Notes under the pieces: generated by a model
What the model saw: only the letters and a program-made list of their open reading frames with translations
What the model was told of the DNA's origin: nothing
The model's database searches: none
Translations under genes and position numbers: made by a program
Assembly (NCBI GenBank): GCA_963709585.1
Contig: CAVPXI010000016.1
Coordinates: 32,001-96,000, forward strand
Length of the DNA stretch: 64,000 nt
Reading direction: 5' to 3'
Source: Candidatus Dormiibacterota bacterium
GTDB taxonomy: Bacteria; Chloroflexota; Dormibacteria; Aeolococcales; Aeolococcaceae
Shown here: positions 58,910 to 64,000 of the stretch, piece by piece
How the letters are laid out: each line of letters opens with the position of its first letter
Position numbering within the stretch: the first letter of the stretch is position 1

Positions 58910-61900
58910 GTGAGCGAAGCTGCCGTCAAGCCCGGTTGGATCCGGCGCCTGTGGGGCTACATGCTCCGGCACCGACGCGACGTCGTGCTGTCGGTGGGTG
59001 CCGCGGTGCTCGGCAGCGTGTGTCAGACGGCCGTCCCGCTCGTCGCACGCCAGATCGTTGACGGAGTCATTCTCTCCAGCACCTCGGCGCTGTGGCCGTG
59101 GCTCCTCCTGCTGGTCGGGCTCGCCGCGGCCAGCTTCGGCTTCGCGTACATCCGCCGATACCGTGGTGGCCGGGTGGCGCTCGAGGTCCAGTACGACCTG
59201 CGCAATGACATGCACGATCACCTGCAGGTCCTCGACTTCGACAACCTGGGCCGCATGCCGACCGGCCAGCTGGTCGCGCGCGCGAACTCCAACTCGACGC
59301 TGGTCCAGGGGCTCCTGAGCTTCTTCCCGATCATGAGCAGCAACGTCCTGCTGCTGTTGCTCTCCCTCGGCGTGATGCTCTACCTGTCGCCGCTGCTGGC
59401 GCTGGTGAGCCTCGTGGTCGCGCCGAGCCTGCTCATCGTGTCCTACCGCATGCGCTGGCGCATCTTTCCGGCGACCTGGGACGGACAGCAACGGGAGGGC
59501 GAGCTCGTCCAGATCGTCGACGAGGACCTGAACGGCGTCCGCGTCGTGAAGGCGTTCGGTCAGGAGCAGCGCGAGGTCGAACGAATCGCAGCCGCCGCCA
59601 AGACCGTTTACGGATCGCAGATGCGTGCGGTGCGTCTGCAGTCGCGCTACCAGCCGCTGCTGGAGGCGATCCCACTGTTCGCGCAGGTGGCCATCCTCGC
59701 GCTTGGCGGTTGGCTGGCGCTCCAGCATCAGATCACCCTGGGCACCTTCCTGGCGTTCTCGACCTACGTCACGCAGCTCATGGCTCCGGCCCGCCAGCTC
59801 GCCGGGGTCCTGACCATCGGCCAGCAGGCTCGGGCGGGGATCGAGCGCATCTTCCAGCTGCTCGACCTGCCGCCGGCCATCGCCGACGCACCTGACGCCG
59901 TCGACCTCCCCGAGCTCCGCGGTGACATCAGGTTCTCGAGCGTCCACTTCCGCTACGGCGACGATGACCCGGTCATTCGAGGAGTCGATCTGCATGTCGC
60001 GCCGGGTGAACGCGTTGCCATCGTCGGCCCGAGCGGGAGCGGCAAGTCGACCCTGGCGATGCTCGTCCCGCGCTTCTACGACCCAACCCAGGGCGCGGTC
60101 CTCATCGACGGCTACGACGTGCGCACTGTCACGCTGCGGTCGCTGCGCCGGCAGGTGGGGGTTGTCTTCGAGGACAGCTTCCTGTTCTCCAACTCGGTTC
60201 GGGCGAACATCGCCTACGGACGGCCCGACGCGACCGACGCGCAGATCGAGGCGGCCGCCCGCGCGGCGCAGGCGCACGAGTTCATCGAGGACCTGCCCCG
60301 CGGCTATGACACGGCAATCGGTGAGCGGGGCCTGACCCTGTCGGGGGGTCAGCGTCAGCGGATCGCGCTCGCCCGCGCGATCCTGTACGACCCACGCATC
60401 CTCATCCTCGACGACGCCACGAGCGCGATCGACGCCGAAGTCGAGGCAGCAGTCCACGACGCTCTCCGCGGGGTCATGGCCGGTCGCACGACGCTGCTGA
60501 TCGCGCACCGGCAATCGACGCTGCATCTCGCCGACAGGATCGTGGTGCTCGACGGTGGCGTCGTCGTCGACCAGGGCACCCACGACGAGCTGATGGCCCG
60601 AAGCGCGCTCTATCGGACACTAGTATCCGGGCTCGACGAGCTCGATTCCATCGAGGCGCTCGCGACGATTGCATCGACCGCCGGCGCGGACGGCGTTACC
60701 GCGGCCGCGTGGGCCGGTGACCGGCAGCGTTCCGGCAATCGTGCGGCCGCACGGTCCATCGGCGCGCCCAGCCTGGGTCCGGGCCTCGGCGGCGGGTCCG
60801 GCTGGCGGCTGAACCTGGCGCCGACCCCCGAGCTGCTCGCCCGCGTGGCGCGATTGCGGCCGGTGCGCGACGTGCCCGTGGTCGATCTCGATCGGGAGTC
60901 ACGTCCGGACAGGAACTTCAGCCTGCTCCGGCTGCTGCGCGAGTTCCGGCGGCCATTGCTGCTCGGACTCGTCTTTGTGGTCATCGACGGGTTGATGACC
61001 CTTGCAGGGCCGATCCTGGTGAAGACGGGTCTCGACGACGGGGTGGCGAAGGGGTCGTCCGTCGTCCTCTTCGCCGCAGCCGGTGTGTTTCTGGTGGTCA
61101 CGCTCGTCGACCTCGTCGACGAGATCGGTGAGACGTTTGTCACAGGACGTGCCGCGCAGCGAATCATGCTGTCGCTCCGGATCCGCATCTGGGCGCAGCT
61201 GCAACGCCTGTCCCTCGATTATTACGAGCGCGAGATGGCGGGTCGAATCATGACCCGGATGACGACCGACGTCGACCAGTTCGAGTCGCTGATCGAGAAC
61301 GGACTGCTCTCCGCGCTCGTCTCGATTGTCACGTTCATCGGGGTCGGTGTCGCGCTGGTGGTGATCAACACCGAGCTCGGCCTCTGCACGCTCTCGGTGG
61401 CGATTCCCCTTGCTGCGGCGACGGTCGTCTTCCGGCAGAAGGCGGCCCGCCTCTACAGCATCTCCCGCGAGCGAATCGCCATCGTCAACGCGGATTTCCA
61501 GGAGAGCCTCTCCGGTGTTCGCGAGTCGCAGGCATTCGTGCATGAAGGCGCCGCGATGGCGCAGTTTCACCGGCTCGGTCGCTCATACCTCGACACCCGG
61601 GTCGCAGCCCAGCGTCTGGTGGCGACGTACTTCCCGTTCGTCCAGTTCATGGCCGCTGTCGCCGACGCGATCGTGCTCGGCGTCGGTGCGCGGCTGATAG
61701 CCAGCGGCAACCTGACCACCGGGGCGCTCATCGCATTCCTGCTGTACATCGATCTGTTCTTCTCGCCGATCCAGCAGCTGTCGCAGGTGTTCGACGCCTG
61801 GCAGCAGACGCGCGTATCAGTCGGTCGTATCGCCGAACTGATGCAGCTCGACACGCTCACGCCCAACCCGGCCCTTCCCGAGGACCCGGGCCGGCTCCAC

Positions 61901-62755
61901 GGCGATCTCAGCCTCAACCACGTGCGATTTTCGTACCCGGTGCCGGTGAATCGACCCGGCTTCGAGGGGGTCCGCCCCGTCGACCGGCGAGGACCCAAGG
62001 ATCCGCGGCTCCTGCAATCGCGAGATGCGGCGTGGCGGAGGCCGCCGGAGGCGCTGCGCGGCATCGACCTGCAGATCGCAGCAGGGGAGACGGTTGCGCT
62101 TGTCGGTGAGACGGGCGCCGGCAAGTCGACGGTCATGAAGCTGCTGGCTCGTTTCTACGATCCGGATGAGGGAAGCGTCGAGGTCGATGGCCACGACCTC
62201 CGTGCCATCGACCTGCACGCGTTCCGGCTGCAACTCGGGTATGTGCCGCAGGAGGCATTCCTGTTCTCGGGCACGATTCGGGACAACATCGCTTACGGCC
62301 GGCCGGAAGCGAGCGATGCCGAGGTGGAAGCGGCGGCTCGCGCGGTGGGCGCGCACGAGTTCATCGCCCGCCTTTCCGATGGCTACCACCACGAGTTGAC
62401 CGAGCGTGGGCGGTCGCTCTCGTCCGGTCAGCGCCAGCTGATCGCGCTGGCTCGCGCCGAGCTGGTCGACCCCGCGCTCCTCCTCCTCGACGAGGCGACA
62501 TCGAACCTCGACCTGGTGACCGAGGCACGCGTCGCCGCTGCGATGCAGGAGGTGTCCCACGGTCGGACCACCGTGGTGATCGCCCACCGCCTGCAGACCG
62601 CGAGAGCGGCGGACCGCATCATCGTGTTGCACAGCGGGCAGGTGGTCGAGACCGGAACCCACGCCCAGCTGATTGCGACGCGGGGCAGATACGCGGCGAT
62701 GTGGGACGTCTTCAGCGTTGCCGGCAGCGCCACGCCCGCCCCGCAACTCCGGTAG
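58910..62755 (+). CDS. Fused ABC exporter (TMD-NBD-TMD-NBD), Rv0194-like multidrug type
   Basis: GPSGSGKS / LSGGQRQR / ILDDAT (degenerate site) and GETGAGKS / LSSGQRQ / LLDEAT. Confidence 0.93.
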   Translation: MSEAAVKPGWIRRLWGYMLRHRRDVVLSVGAAVLGSVCQTAVPLVARQIVDGVILSSTSALWPWLLLLVGLAAASFGFAYIRRYRGGRVALEVQYDLRNDMHDHLQVLDFDNLGRMPTGQLVARANSNSTLVQGLLSFFPIMSSNVLLLLLSLGVMLYLSPLLALVSLVVAPSLLIVSYRMRWRIFPATWDGQQREGELVQIVDEDLNGVRVVKAFGQEQREVERIAAAAKTVYGSQMRAVRLQSRYQPLLEAIPLFAQVAILALGGWLALQHQITLGTFLAFSTYVTQLMAPARQLAGVLTIGQQARAGIERIFQLLDLPPAIADAPDAVDLPELRGDIRFSSVHFRYGDDDPVIRGVDLHVAPGERVAIVGPSGSGKSTLAMLVPRFYDPTQGAVLIDGYDVRTVTLRSLRRQVGVVFEDSFLFSNSVRANIAYGRPDATDAQIEAAARAAQAHEFIEDLPRGYDTAIGERGLTLSGGQRQRIALARAILYDPRILILDDATSAIDAEVEAAVHDALRGVMAGRTTLLIAHRQSTLHLADRIVVLDGGVVVDQGTHDELMARSALYRTLVSGLDELDSIEALATIASTAGADGVTAAAWAGDRQRSGNRAAARSIGAPSLGPGLGGGSGWRLNLAPTPELLARVARLRPVRDVPVVDLDRESRPDRNFSLLRLLREFRRPLLLGLVFVVIDGLMTLAGPILVKTGLDDGVAKGSSVVLFAAAGVFLVVTLVDLVDEIGETFVTGRAAQRIMLSLRIRIWAQLQRLSLDYYEREMAGRIMTRMTTDVDQFESLIENGLLSALVSIVTFIGVGVALVVINTELGLCTLSVAIPLAAATVVFRQKAARLYSISRERIAIVNADFQESLSGVRESQAFVHEGAAMAQFHRLGRSYLDTRVAAQRLVATYFPFVQFMAAVADAIVLGVGARLIASGNLTTGALIAFLLYIDLFFSPIQQLSQVFDAWQQTRVSVGRIAELMQLDTLTPNPALPEDPGRLHGDLSLNHVRFSYPVPVNRPGFEGVRPVDRRGPKDPRLLQSRDAAWRRPPEALRGIDLQIAAGETVALVGETGAGKSTVMKLLARFYDPDEGSVEVDGHDLRAIDLHAFRLQLGYVPQEAFLFSGTIRDNIAYGRPEASDAEVEAAARAVGAHEFIARLSDGYHHELTERGRSLSSGQRQLIALARAELVDPALLLLDEATSNLDLVTEARVAAAMQEVSHGRTTVVIAHRLQTARAADRIIVLHSGQVVETGTHAQLIATRGRYAAMWDVFSVAGSATPAPQLR

Positions 62756-62777
62756 CGGCGGGCGCGTGCTCGCCTAC

Positions 62778-63107
62778 CTACGCGGCGATCTGCAACGCCT
62801 CGTCGATGAATGCGACCAGCCGTCCCTTCGACGTGAACCCCACCATCTGGCGTACCGGCTTGCCGCCGATGAACACCAGCAGGGTGGGCACTGACATCAC
62901 GCCATATCGCCCCTGGGTCACGGGGCTGGCGTCGACGTCGACAGTGAGCACGCGAAGCTCGCTCGACCGCTCCTCCGCGACCTCGTCGAGCACCGGCGCG
63001 AGCATGCGGCACGGCGGGCACCATGTTGCACCGAACTCGACGAGCACCGGTGTATCGGATGCGAGCACGTCGGCATCGAAGCTCGCGTCGTCGACGGTCT
63101 TGATCAT
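62778..63107 (-). CDS. Thioredoxin
   Basis: EFGATWCPPC, VMSVPTL; AGGAG RBS. Confidence 0.9.
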   Translation of the reverse strand: MIKTVDDASFDADVLASDTPVLVEFGATWCPPCRMLAPVLDEVAEERSSELRVLTVDVDASPVTQGRYGVMSVPTLLVFIGGKPVRQMVGFTSKGRLVAFIDEALQIAA

Positions 63108-63466
63108 GTGGTTTCTCCTGACGAGTGGCGGGTGGTGACGGCCTTGTAGGCGGCGCAATTCGAAAAGGTGTGGGTCGCGATTCGGGCGCGGGCGCGCTGT
63201 CCACGCGAGGGCGGCGGCGGGTCGCGATCCTCGGCGGCGTACCGGTCCCAGACCGACTGACGTGACATGCCGAGGCGGTCGGCGATGTCCTGCCAGCTCA
63301 TGCCGTCGGCGCGAGCCGCGAGCACGGTGGATGCCCTGCGAGATCCGAGCAGCACGGCGACCGATCGCAATGCGACCAGGCGATCCTCGGTCGGCAGGGC
63401 GTTGAGGACCTTGAGCACGGTTCCCACAGCGGCGTCCGCATTCGGGCTGGAGGTCGAGTACGCCAT
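63104..63466 (-). CDS. Small helix-turn-helix protein, coupled to thioredoxin
   Basis: ARADGMSWQDIADRLGMSRQSVWDRY; ATGA overlap with the thioredoxin gene. Confidence 0.75.
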   Translation of the reverse strand: MAYSTSSPNADAAVGTVLKVLNALPTEDRLVALRSVAVLLGSRRASTVLAARADGMSWQDIADRLGMSRQSVWDRYAAEDRDPPPPSRGQRARARIATHTFSNCAAYKAVTTRHSSGETT

Positions 63467-63467
63467 A

Positions 63468-63485
63468 TGTCAACTATACATGACA
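63468..63485. promoter_or_regulatory. Operator palindrome overlapping the leaderless -10 of the HTH gene
   Basis: TGTCA-ACTATACA-TGACA; minus-strand TATAGT 6 nt upstream of ATG 63466. Confidence 0.65.
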
Positions 63486-63492
63486 AATCCAG

Positions 63493-64000
63493 TCAGACGC
63501 TGAGGCGGCGATTGACCCCCAGGCGGCGCGGGATGCCCGTTCCGCGCGTGATGGCGACGCCTCCAAGGCAGAGAACGCCCCCGAGGAGCGCCAGCAAAGG
63601 CGGCACGTCGCCCAGCACCACCCATCCCATCGCGATCGCCACCGGCGGGACGAGATACCCCATCGCGCCCATACGGCCGCCGCTGGTGCGCGCCAGGGCG
63701 TACGCCCAGAAACTGAACCCGACCGCCGTGGGAAAGAGGCCGAGATAGATAGCCCACATGACGGTCCCTGGATCCGACCTGCTCAGGTCATGGGCAAGCT
63801 GGGGCGCGAAGGGCAGGCAGGCGACCGCGCCGATCGCACACGCGAGCCAGGTGACGGTGAGGGCTGAGTTGTGCCGGAGCAGGGGCTTTTCAGCGGTAAC
63901 CCCGCCCGCGTACACCGCGGCGGCGGCGATGCAGAGCGCGGCGCCCAATCCCGCCTGGAATCCGCGCGTCGAGGTGGCGAATCCAATCACGACCGCTCCG
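63493..64000 (-). CDS. EamA/DMT family transporter, 5' part outside the window
   Basis: YLGLFPTAVGFSFWAYAL...YLVPPVA...GGVLCLGGV. Confidence 0.88.
   Translation of the reverse strand, partial: GAVVIGFATSTRGFQAGLGAALCIAAAAVYAGGVTAEKPLLRHNSALTVTWLACAIGAVACLPFAPQLAHDLSRSDPGTVMWAIYLGLFPTAVGFSFWAYALARTSGGRMGAMGYLVPPVAIAMGWVVLGDVPPLLALLGGVLCLGGVAITRGTGIPRRLGVNRRLSV

Overview
High-GC (about two-thirds G+C by eye), gene-dense bacterial DNA. Gene content resembles a cold-soil 'atmospheric chemosynthesis' organism, most like Candidatus Dormibacteria/AD3 or Actinomycetota; this taxonomy is inference only. Left to right: (1) ArnT-like glycosyltransferase, small membrane peptide, phospholipase D, a membrane-anchored DUF3494 ice-binding protein, a secreted protein and an aldo-keto reductase; (2) a divergent module of a circularly permuted ATP-grasp ligase and three transglutaminase-like genes with no alpha-E partner; (3) an MFS/TetR pair; (4) a ~17 kb glycerol/dihydroxyacetone cluster (glpF, two glpK, glpABC, two GylR-like IclR, pgsA, plsY, dhaKLM with its own EI and HPr) containing an unannotated acidic repeat mini-protein; (5) a cysteine hydrolase, methylaspartate ammonia-lyase and CoA-transferase operon without glutamate mutase; (6) a LAL-type LuxR and a PadR, then a ~15 kb group 1h [NiFe]-hydrogenase operon with a HypA lacking its Zn finger, no hypB, an inserted cytoplasmic YceI protein and a trailing Zn-ribbon mini-gene; (7) a convergent cbbR / prk-cbbL-cbbS-cbbX operon (form IE-like RuBisCO); (8) a lipoprotein, a VOC protein, a fused ABC exporter, thioredoxin, an HTH protein and an EamA transporter. 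Five genes appear broken by single duplicated bases, probably long-read errors. No rRNA, tRNA, CRISPR array or mobile element was recognised. Family assignments come from motif recognition by eye, not database searches.
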